A DNA stretch of 32,000 nucleotides. Origin: Halomicronema hongdechloris C2206 (GTDB lineage: Bacteria; Cyanobacteriota; Cyanobacteriia; Phormidesmidales; Phormidesmidaceae). Under the pieces are notes generated by a model that saw only the letters and a program-made list of their open reading frames with translations, ran no database searches and was not told where the DNA came from. Below, in pieces: positions 8,915 to 16,744 of this stretch; position 1 is the stretch's first letter, and each line of letters begins with the position of its first letter. The DNA is taken from the NCBI RefSeq assembly GCF_002075285.3, contig NZ_CP021983.2:4350001-4382000 (forward strand), read 5' to 3'. The translations under genes were made by a program, and so were the position numbers.

Positions 8915-9352
8915 ATGACTGTGAGAGTTAAGGGTAGTAACGTGACGATTGCAAAACGGGTCGGATGGAGTTGTGTAACCGCAGGCATGATCTTGGCATC
9001 AGCCTTGCCAGCACTGGCAGCTAGGCTGGCCTTTATAGGTAAGGTCATGGTAGACGAGCAAGTTGATCGACCCTTGCCTGGTGTACGGGTGCACATCGAG
9101 TTCCACGGTCACGAAGTCGGGATTCATGAGTACACCACGACCCGCTCTACCCGAGTGACGACGGATGAAAACGGTAATTTTGCCGTTGCCCTGAAGATGT
9201 CGGAATATCGTTACCACTGGACCCATGCCACCGTCGAGATTCCGGCGACGGAGCAGAGCAAAGCCATGGTACGGGTAATTCCAGTGGAAAATGACGGTCA
9301 AGGCGGTTGCGTGGGCTTCAAGCAGATCGAAGTGCCTCCCCTGCAGCCGTAA
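8915..9352 (+). CDS. small secreted protein, possibly with a carboxypeptidase-regulatory-like beta-sandwich
   Basis: The frame of ORF 8792-9352 contains a signal-peptide-like segment KRVGWSCVTAGMILASALPALAA, followed by GKVMVDEQVDRPLPGVRVHI...TTDENGNFAVAL. Candidate starts are ATG 8915 and GTG 8942. Two minus-strand ORFs (8770-9096 and 8999-9379) overlap it, so the strand choice is not certain. Confidence 0.5.
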   Translation: MTVRVKGSNVTIAKRVGWSCVTAGMILASALPALAARLAFIGKVMVDEQVDRPLPGVRVHIEFHGHEVGIHEYTTTRSTRVTTDENGNFAVALKMSEYRYHWTHATVEIPATEQSKAMVRVIPVENDGQGGCVGFKQIEVPPLQP

Positions 9353-9391
9353 TCGGGGGCAAAGAATTAAACGGACCACGCTGTGAGCTCA

Positions 9392-9443
9392 ATCTAGAGA
9401 AGAGCCAGTCATTCTATATCTAGAGAAGAGCTAATTATTCTAT
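9392..9443. repeat. imperfect tandem duplication, 2 x 26 bp (23/26 identical)
   Basis: ATCTAGAGAAGAGCCAGTCATTCTAT (9392-9417) is followed directly by ATCTAGAGAAGAGCTAATTATTCTAT (9418-9443), at the left edge of the compositional shift. Confidence 0.85.
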
Positions 9444-10184
9444 CAAATCCAACACAATCAGCTAAGAGGATATTTGGAAAGTACCCTGCAACCTTGCTCC
9501 AGACTGGATTCTGGCCAACAGAGCCATACGCTCTAAAACGCTTACCCTGCAGGGCTTTCAGCCGAGTTTTCAAATGTCCTCTAAAGGTGTGTCGCTGTGC
9601 CGTTATTACGTCAGTGCACTCGGACCGACACCTTAATAGCGGCACAGTGTTTGCCCATCACCAGGTATCAACTCTTCAAGGGGTGATGCGATTACGCGTC
9701 CCGCCGATTATGGGCATCGTGAGGCAACTCTCAGAGCAAGTGCGCCTGAAGATGAGTCATCACACCGATGGCCTCATCCTCTCTAAGTAACCTGAAGCCT
9801 CAACACGCCTAAACAGCCGTCTCTATGTCGACCATGGCGAGGGTTGGCCCATTGATTGCACAGGTCAACCAACGTTCATCAGTCAACCAACTGCACGTCT
9901 ACCTGTGCCAGCTTGCCAACCAGATTGAGTAGCTTTTTCACCTTTTACAGAAAATAAGCCTTAGAAACTACATAAAAGGACTGATTCTATACAAAGATTT
10001 GATGAAACCCTAGGTAGACCTCTCATCTGCAAGAATCCACATGATAGAGTTTTTGAGTCATCTTGATTGGGTTGAGTCTCTTAAATCTTCACTAGTCTGC
10101 AACGGCTTTTTAAAGAATACATTTTTCTCGATTAGCCGAAATTTAAATGCTTCAAACTAGCTTGATATCGTTTTTCACCTAGTA

Positions 10185-11282
10185 ATGGTATTTGTAAAGA
10201 TTAATACTGACAGACCAGCTTGGAGTCGCGTCATGAAAACCGTTAATCATACATCAAAGGAAGTATCTCAATCTCATTCTAAAGGCATATCTTATGAAGA
10301 TATGGAGCATGGAAAATATTCGGATGTAGCGCCTTATGACTTGTCACTGGTCATCCCTATTTACAATGAAATAGATAGCATTCCAAAATTGCTTCAACGC
10401 ATCACGACAGTTTTCGAAAAAAGCCGATTAAGTTATGAAATCATCTGCGTTGACGATGGCTCAGTGGACGGCTCAGCCAGCTTTTTGATTGAGCAAGCAA
10501 AAGTACGCTCAGATTTACGCGTCATAGCCTTACGCCGAAACTATGGTCAGACTCCAGCAATGGCCGCTGGATTTGAACATGCTAGAGGGAGAGCAATCGT
10601 AACCTTAGATGGTGATTTACAAAATGACCCTGCCGACATACCGACTTTGCTATCAAAGTTGAGCGAAGGCTATGACCTGGTATCAGGTTGGCGAAAGAAT
10701 CGCCAAGATGCAGCATTGACGCGGTTATTGCCCTCTAAGATCGCAAATTGGTTAATTGGGCGCATAACAGGAGTTAAATTGCATGATTATGGATGTTCTC
10801 TGAAAGTATATCGCTCAGAACTGATTGCTGACATAAGATTATATGGTGAAATGCATCGTTTCTTGCCAGCCATAGCCTTTACGGAAGGGGCTCGAATTGC
10901 CGAAGTACCAGTCCGCCATCATGCTCGCAAATTTGGTCACAGTAAGTATGGATTAGGACGAACACTGCGAGTTCTGGCAGATTTACTGACTGTCAGCTTC
11001 ATGCAAACCTTCCTAACGAAACCAATGCACGCTTTTGGATTCGCCGGCCTTTTTTCAATCTTTTTGGGAGTTATTCTGGCAAGTTACTTAGCTTTCTTGA
11101 AAATATTTTTGGACCAAGGAATCGGCGATCGCCCTCTACTTTTATTAGCTGTGGTGCTATTTTTGGCAGGCATACAAATGTTCAGTTTCGGCCTACTAGC
11201 AGATTTACTGATGCGCACTTATCATGAATCTCAGAATAGGCCAGTTTATCGTATACGGCAGTTGGCAGGCTTTCGAAAGTAA
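10185..11282 (+). CDS. GT2 polyprenol-monophosphate glycosyltransferase (DPM1 / GtrB / ArnC-like) with two C-terminal TM helices
   Basis: GT-A motifs are present: LSLVIPIYNE, YEIICVDDGSVDGS, RRNYGQTPAMAAGFEHARG, TLDGDLQNDPADIP and VSGWRKNRQD. The C-terminus has hydrophobic helices FGFAGLFSIFLGVILASYLAFL and LLLLAVVLFLAGIQMFSFGLLADLL, then RTYHESQNRPVYRIR. The true start may be an internal Met (10233 or 10302). Confidence 0.9.
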   Translation: MVFVKINTDRPAWSRVMKTVNHTSKEVSQSHSKGISYEDMEHGKYSDVAPYDLSLVIPIYNEIDSIPKLLQRITTVFEKSRLSYEIICVDDGSVDGSASFLIEQAKVRSDLRVIALRRNYGQTPAMAAGFEHARGRAIVTLDGDLQNDPADIPTLLSKLSEGYDLVSGWRKNRQDAALTRLLPSKIANWLIGRITGVKLHDYGCSLKVYRSELIADIRLYGEMHRFLPAIAFTEGARIAEVPVRHHARKFGHSKYGLGRTLRVLADLLTVSFMQTFLTKPMHAFGFAGLFSIFLGVILASYLAFLKIFLDQGIGDRPLLLLAVVLFLAGIQMFSFGLLADLLMRTYHESQNRPVYRIRQLAGFRK

Positions 11283-11822
11283 AGTCTATGGTCAAACCTC
11301 CATTTCTATGCCAGGCCGACCATCTCGATGTACTTGATTCTGGTCGAGCGCCTCGATGCCAGCAGCAAGCGCCCCCATCGTCCACTCTGGCTCATGGCTA
11401 TCGGCGAAGACCTGCCCCCGTTAGAGGTACTCTGGCAACTCTACTTGTGGCGCTTCTGTGTTGACCATTGGTATCGCTTCATCAAGCAGTGTCTCCATTG
11501 GCCGCATCTGGCCACCGCCGAACAAAGTGAGCGTTGGAGTCACCTGATGCCGCTGATGACTTGGCAACTCTGGTTGGCTTGCCAGCAGGGTGCTCAGCAC
11601 TGTCTTCCTTGGCAGAAACTTATGACACAACCTGCCCCAGGACGAGTAGCCAATGGCTTCGCGGCGATTTTAGTCGCAGTTGGTACACCCGCCTCATCCC
11701 CCAAACCTAGAGGAAAATCTCCTGGTTGGCCAACGGGGCAGCAGCGCGCGCTAAGACCCCGCTTTCCCTCCGTCCGAAAGCGCTATTCCAAGCCCAAGAA
11801 AACAGCTCAGAATACTGCCTGA
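11283..11822 (+). mobile_element. 5'-truncated transposase gene remnant (C-terminal ~180 codons), backbone-like GC
   Basis: The frame is open from the base after the GT2 stop codon: SLWSNLHFYARPTISMYLILVERLDASSKRPHRPLWLMAIGEDLPPLEVLWQLYLWRFCVDHWYRFIKQCLHWPHL...SPKPRGKSPGWPTGQQRALRPRFPSVRKR. This looks like the C-terminal third of cyanobacterial DDE transposases with a basic tail. No N-terminal or catalytic part is present. The family cannot be assigned by eye. Confidence 0.7.
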
Positions 11823-11978
11823 CCCTTCATCTTCATCTCAGTTCGACTGCTGCCTCGTGGCTCAAGCGATTGGGCCAACTTAGCCATGCCTGTTACTGGT
11901 TTGTCTAAACTCCAGGTCAAGGGCACTGGCCAGCTAAAGGATGATGGCTAGAATGAGTAAGCAGCCACTGTTTTAGCC

Positions 11979-12560
11979 ATGCCTTGTCCCCACTGCCAAA
12001 GCGAATCCGTTGTCAAAAACGGGACTCGTCGCCTTCAAGACAACCGTCCGCCAGTGCAACCGAAGTTCCAATGAGCGTACAGGCACACCTATGGCCCGCT
12101 TACGGACCCCCTCCAGCATGGTTCACTTCAGTCCTGAATATCGGGCAGCTCTGGATGTTTGCCGTCAGAGCGTATTAGAGCAAACCATTGTGGAGATTCC
12201 GCCGTTGAGCTCTCGAGTGATTCGCTTACGTACGTATCGCAATCAGTGTGAGGCCCGTCAACAGCCAGTACGTTCTCAGCATCCGTTGCAAGTGTCCACC
12301 GCCGGAGGCGCAACGGGAACCCAACTGGGGTCGCGTGCGGTCAGTTTGGCAAGTTATCTGAATAAGCACCTAGAGCTGCCTGTGCGCCAGACCTGCGACG
12401 TCCTCCATCAAACGGTGGGCCTAACGGTCAGTCCGGGGGGGATATACCAGGAAATAGCCCGTGCTGCGTTACTGTTTAGCCTAGATTCCAGGAAGCCTTT
12501 CTTGGCTACGGGTGCTCTTTGCTACTTTCAAAATATCCTCTCAGGTACTGGCGCATCGCT
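11979..12560 (+). mobile_element. degenerate, frameshifted transposase remnant(s): IS1/IS1595-type N-terminal zinc ribbon followed by an IS66-like central segment
   Basis: ATG 11979 encodes MPCPHCQSESVVKNGTRRLQDNRPPVQPKFQ* (31 aa). It continues in another frame as ...RQCNRSSNERTGTPMARLRTPSSMV..., then ...IPPLSSRVIRLRTYRNQCEARQQPV...QLGSRAVSLASYLNKHLELPVRQTCDVLHQTVGLTVSPGGIYQEIARAA (ORF 12010-12696). The frames are broken, no complete transposase is present, and the block is GC-rich. Confidence 0.5.
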
Positions 12561-12628
12561 GCGCCTACCTCAACGGTATGATTGGCTTAAAAAGATGACA
12601 TGCTCCCATATTATATTTCTTATTGTCG

Positions 12629-14170
12629 TCATTCATCTTCGTTGGATGAAATGGTGTCGTAGCCAGGTTCAAATAGGAACACATGAATGCCTTTAGTAAA
12701 TTTTCGGTAGTTCCTTTTATAGAGTTTGTTAGAGGAAAAAATCTGTTCCAAGCTTTCAATAGAGGGTTGATCACGGCAATACCTGAAGCAAATTATCCAG
12801 AGACGCTTACTTGCAGAAATAATCTCATGAATAGTTGATGTATTATCAGAGCCTTCTAACTCTTTCTTAAGAGCTATGTGCTGCTGATCATTTGTTTTAG
12901 AATTCTCTAAATAGACACTGTTAATCAGGAAATGAAAGGGAATCGTTCTATCATGGTAGTGGGCTATGGCCGGCAGAACTTTCTCAACATTTGTATATAG
13001 TATAAAAGCATCGTTAGCTTGCTTATTTGTCTTAATGAACTGTATTGCTCCACGCCAATCCTCATGATTAGGCAGACTATAATAGTAGTATAAGCCTCCG
13101 CCCACGCCCAAAGTATAAATTACTACAATTACAGATGCAATGATAGCCTGGAAGTGCCAGACCCGAATAAAACTTGCTGCTAAAAGTATGAAAACATAAG
13201 GACAAACTAATAGAAGATATCGATCGAGCCAAATGGAACTCGATATGTAAGAAATAAACAAGATTGAGGCGGACGGTAAAACTGCCCATGCCGTAACCCA
13301 ATTAAGATTTTGTGAACGATGCTTTAGCAATAAGGCAAATGGAAGTAAGAAAGTCGCTAAAATAGTACATATCTTATAAAAGTAATTTAATGGCTCAGAA
13401 AGTGCTGACGAATAAGGTGGATGAAAAAGGAATTCTTTTAGGATGATTAAGATCTCTTTTAGTCCTGGCTTCATTCTTGTAACTACGCCAGAGGAAGCCA
13501 TAAAGTCTGGCCCACTTTTAGTTAGTAGTGTAAATGCCGCCGGAGCACAGATTAATCCTGTAATCACTAGTCCTTCAATAAAAGATAGAAGTTTGCGCCC
13601 CTGTTTATGAAACTGACACCAGATAATCGTAGCATCTGGCAATAGGAGTACCACATTCAACGGTGTAGTCAGTATTGCTAAAGCTCGCAGGATGGCCCAT
13701 GAATAAAGAAAGAGCCGTTGCGGACATTGAAGAGCATATGTCAGTACAAGTGTCCCAAACAGATTCAAGAAAACACTTAAGGAGTAAAATCTTACCTCTT
13801 GGACATGATTAATAAACAGAGGCGAGAGAGCGAGAAGAAGCGCTGCTACTAAGCCAACAGATCTATTAACTAAGCGTTGACCAATCAAATAAGTTATGAG
13901 AATGCTACCTAGGCCGAAAGGGATGGATAATCCCCGCAGCCATACTTCGCTTTCACCAAATACCATCCAAACTTTTAGAAGTGCGTAGTAGAGTGGCTTC
14001 ACATGATACAAAATTCGGGGTATCTCTAGGTTTATGTTTTGAGCATCATGTATGCTATAAAGTTCGTCTACCCATAAGCTTTCGGATCCTAGTTTGTAAA
14101 GATAGAGTGCGCAAGAAATTAGCAAAATAAATGTTAGGGGAAATAGTTCCTTTATTTCTTTCCTAATCAT
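12629..14170 (-). CDS. GT-C fold membrane glycosyltransferase (ArnT / PMT_2, GT39/GT83-like) with a C-terminal soluble domain
   Basis: The 513 aa product has the first-loop acidic motif SLWVDELYS after TM1, followed by about 10 or more hydrophobic segments and a soluble C-terminal tail of roughly 130 aa. It is convergent with the GT2 gene. Confidence 0.85.
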   Translation of the reverse strand: MIRKEIKELFPLTFILLISCALYLYKLGSESLWVDELYSIHDAQNINLEIPRILYHVKPLYYALLKVWMVFGESEVWLRGLSIPFGLGSILITYLIGQRLVNRSVGLVAALLLALSPLFINHVQEVRFYSLSVFLNLFGTLVLTYALQCPQRLFLYSWAILRALAILTTPLNVVLLLPDATIIWCQFHKQGRKLLSFIEGLVITGLICAPAAFTLLTKSGPDFMASSGVVTRMKPGLKEILIILKEFLFHPPYSSALSEPLNYFYKICTILATFLLPFALLLKHRSQNLNWVTAWAVLPSASILFISYISSSIWLDRYLLLVCPYVFILLAASFIRVWHFQAIIASVIVVIYTLGVGGGLYYYYSLPNHEDWRGAIQFIKTNKQANDAFILYTNVEKVLPAIAHYHDRTIPFHFLINSVYLENSKTNDQQHIALKKELEGSDNTSTIHEIISASKRLWIICFRYCRDQPSIESLEQIFSSNKLYKRNYRKFTKGIHVFLFEPGYDTISSNEDE

Positions 14171-14315
14171 GACTTTGTACGTGGGTTTTTCTAAGATTTT
14201 CCTGATGATTTATAAAGTCTAGGAAGGGCAAGGAGTGCATCCCACTTTCGTAACCCTCATTCTAGGGCAAGCTACTAGGCACACATAAGTCCTGAAGCCC
14301 TTGCGGTTAGAGCGT

Positions 14316-14426
14316 CTCCCTCATCCCCCAACCCCTTCTCCCGCTCTGGGAGAAGGGGAGCCGGAAAGCCTTTTATGGCCTCCCCCTCGCCCATTTTTGG
14401 GAGAGGGGGACTGAGGGGGTGAGGGC
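14316..14426. repeat. GC-rich nested-palindrome element (MITE-like small dispersed repeat) in AT-rich spacer
   Basis: Inner perfect hairpin: CCCCTTCTCCC (14332-14342) / GGGAGAAGGGG (14348-14358). Second, imperfect hairpin: CCCCTCGCCCA ttttt TGGGAGAGGGG (~14383-14408). Outer arms: CCCTCATCCCCC (14318-14329) / GGGGGTGAGGG (14415-14425). It accounts for the spurious ORF 14321-14524 (…SPSPKNGRGGG…GEGVGG). Confidence 0.7.
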
Positions 14427-15476
14427 AAACTTGCAAAACTGGGATGCTCCCAAGGGCAAGTACAATATGCCGTGTTTATTCTCATCTTAAGATAAAAGAT
14501 TGGCAGCAATAGGAGATAAATCATTAAGACCTCTTGTTCTCTTGGTTAAAGTACTGCGATTCATTAACTAGTTTTGTTGATGCAATACTAGAAATCTATC
14601 CAGATAATTCTTCGGATCTTGATTTTTTTAACGAAATAGGGTGCCCGCAAGACTCTGGGGTTTGACTTAAACAAGCTGTCTGTTCTTGCCTTAACTCTCA
14701 TTTTCTTGGAGAGAGAAACTGGTCCACTTGCTCGTTCTCTCTTCCTTCAGCAGAGGATTAGGGCAAGAAGCTTTTGGGCATTAGTCTAGATATTTTGTCA
14801 GTTGATCAGGTTCCTAAGTCTTAACTTGGTCAGAACTTTGCGATCTAAGTAAAAGCACGTAGATCTTTATGCTAGAACACTATAGTCTGAACTGACTTTA
14901 CATACAGTTGCCATCAGCTGAACTTTACCGAAGCTTCAAGATTTGAAAACAATTATAAAGGTCAAGAAGTGAAGTCATGGCTTCATACAACCTTTTCCAC
15001 CTCCCTTGATTTAGGTAAATGTCTCGAGTTCCTCGGGTGTCACTATTAGGTATATCTTATATTGGGACTGAATAAATCTACAAAGTTGACTCACTCAGCC
15101 ATTCAGAGAGTGGTAATAATAGGTGTACTATTTCCCAAAAGGTAGAGGCCATTATACTTTAGAATAAATTAATTAAGCTGCTTCGTATATGAAATTTTCA
15201 CTAAAACTAGTGTCGGTACTTGCATTATCTCGACTGTGCGCGGTACTTATTACGCATATCTACTATGTTCATCGGAAAATTTTTCTTTTTTAAGAAGCTG
15301 CATCATTAAATTGATTTATTTCCTTGCTCCTTATTGGATATAAAAGTCCGGACAATTTTCTGAAAGGGCACTGAACCCCTTGATGTCTCGTTCCCATCCA
15401 CCTGGCAAAAGATAACTGAAACCCTCATTCTGTCGTTAGCTCTCAAAAACTGTCCGGAGTATTGTGGATACTAATC

Positions 15477-16037
15477 ATGAATATTCTATTTTTGTCTCCT
15501 CAGCCCTTTTATCAAGACCGAGGCACGCCAATCGCTGTGCACATGGTTCTTCAGACTTTGTCCCATCGCGGTAATCGAGTTGATGTTGTAACTTACCCAG
15601 AGGGAAGGGAAATGGTTTACGAGCATGTAAGTATTCATCGTGCACCTAAGCTTCCCTTAATTAAGGGTATCCGTCCAGGATTCTCTTGGACAAAGATTAT
15701 ATACGACTTGTTTATGCTATTTCAAGCATTTAGTCTAGTGACTAAGCAAAAATATCATCTAATTCATGCTGTTGAAGAAGCAGTATTTATAGCTCTATTA
15801 ATCAAAATTTTGTTCAAGATTCCTTATGTTTACGATATGGATTCTTCTCTTCCCCAGCAGTTGATCGAAAAATGTCCATATTTATCTATAGTTCTTCCTT
15901 TACTAAATTTTTTTGAAGGTCTTGCAGTAAAAAATGCAAAAGTGACAGTTCCTGTTTGTCTTACTCTAGCAAACAATGTTAGAGCAAAATACGGCTCCAC
16001 AAAAATTGTGCTTCTACCTGATGTTACTCTCGTATAA
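15477..16037 (+). CDS. GT4 glycosyltransferase, N-terminal (acceptor/Glyco_trans_4) half only
   Basis: MNILFLSPQPFYQDRGTPIAVHMVLQTLSHRGNRVDVVTYPEG...HAVEEAVFIAL...VPV... ends at TAA 16035-16037, at the position of the inter-domain linker. The ATG at 15477 is preferred to the TTG at 15462. Confidence 0.7.
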   Translation: MNILFLSPQPFYQDRGTPIAVHMVLQTLSHRGNRVDVVTYPEGREMVYEHVSIHRAPKLPLIKGIRPGFSWTKIIYDLFMLFQAFSLVTKQKYHLIHAVEEAVFIALLIKILFKIPYVYDMDSSLPQQLIEKCPYLSIVLPLLNFFEGLAVKNAKVTVPVCLTLANNVRAKYGSTKIVLLPDVTLV

Positions 16038-16072
16038 TTTTCAATCACTGTAAAGTCTGATAATGCTGATAT

Positions 16073-16720
16073 ATGCTAATTCCACATGCCTCTAATAATT
16101 TAAAGAAGCAGTTCTATATTAAAGGCTGCTTAGTAATGTATGTTGGGAATCTTGAAGCCTATCAAGGGATTGACTTATTGCTAGAGAGCTTTTCCCTTGT
16201 CCTTAAAGAGCTTGCTGAAGCAACTTTGGTCATCATTGGAGGTGATCCCAACCATATTCAGCGGTATCGTGGACAAGCCAAATATCTTGGTATCGAAGGC
16301 AGGGTTCATTGGTTAGGTTCAAAGCCCGTTGAAGCCCTGCCAAGCTACCTCTCGCAAGCTGACATCTTGGTTTCTCCAAGAGTCCAGGGAGTAAATACAC
16401 CAATGAAGCTTTATTCATATCTTGGTTCAGGAAAAGCAACTCTAGTGACAGATCTTCCAACCCATACTCAGCTAGTTGATGAGACCGTTGCTATGATTGC
16501 TGTACCTGAACCAAAGGCCTTTTCTAAGGGTATGCTTTCTCTGATAAGGGATGCTAATCTTAGGAGTCGTTTGGGAATAGCTGGTCAAAAGCTAATCGAA
16601 GAGAACTTTTCCCGTCAGGCTTTTTGCGATCGCTTAAACTCACTATATGATTGGCTAGAGAATGAAATCGGATATGTTTCCTCTAGAACTCGTGAAAAAT
16701 CTTCGATTTCAAATATCTAA
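16073..16720 (+). CDS. GT4 glycosyltransferase, C-terminal (donor/Glycos_transf_1) half only
   Basis: ...CLVMYVGNLEAYQGIDLLLESF...LVIIGGDP...VHWLGSKPVEALPSYLSQADILVSPRVQGVNTPMKLYSYLGSGKATLVTDLPTH... It is in a different frame from the N-half. All three frames contain stops between 16035 and 16069. Confidence 0.7.
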   Translation: MLIPHASNNLKKQFYIKGCLVMYVGNLEAYQGIDLLLESFSLVLKELAEATLVIIGGDPNHIQRYRGQAKYLGIEGRVHWLGSKPVEALPSYLSQADILVSPRVQGVNTPMKLYSYLGSGKATLVTDLPTHTQLVDETVAMIAVPEPKAFSKGMLSLIRDANLRSRLGIAGQKLIEENFSRQAFCDRLNSLYDWLENEIGYVSSRTREKSSISNI

Positions 16721-16744
16721 AAAATATCTCAGAGATTGGCTATC

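Noticed and set aside
8770-9379. Minus-strand ORFs 8770-9096 and 8999-9379
   Set aside because: They overlap the plus-strand ORF, which has a signal peptide and a beta-sandwich-like motif. The minus-strand products have no recognisable features. The strand assignment remains only moderately confident.
9392-9443. Possible CRISPR array or att site
   Set aside because: There are only two directly abutting copies with no spacers, so this is not CRISPR. No matching copy was seen at the right island edge, so an att role is unsupported.
9409-9790. ORFs 9409-9645(-) and 9494-9790(+) at the island edge; possible integrase remnant (RHTF-like string in the minus ORF)
   Set aside because: The two ORFs overlap on opposite strands. 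The RHTFRGHL string does not sit in a context resembling the tyrosine-recombinase C-terminal motifs, and the neighbouring frames contain stops. I treat them as unassigned junction DNA.
12565-12774. ORF 12565-12774(-) and the 3' tail of ORF 12010-12696(+)
   Set aside because: They overlap the 3' end of the GT-C gene and the AT-rich junction. The products are short and featureless. The plus-strand ORF tail is read-through from transposase debris.
13077-13301. ORF 13077-13301(-) inside the GT-C gene
   Set aside because: It is an alternate frame of the same strand, within a 513 aa ORF that has clear membrane GT-C features.
14321-14524. 67 aa ORF (…SPSPKNGRGGGHKRLSGSPSPRAGEGVGG)
   Set aside because: It is generated by the G/C-tract palindromic repeat element. 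The low-complexity Gly/Pro/Ser product is typical of spurious calls on such repeats.
15830-16460. Minus-strand ORFs 15830-16048 and 16233-16460
   Set aside because: They are antisense to the two GT4 halves, which carry clear family motifs.
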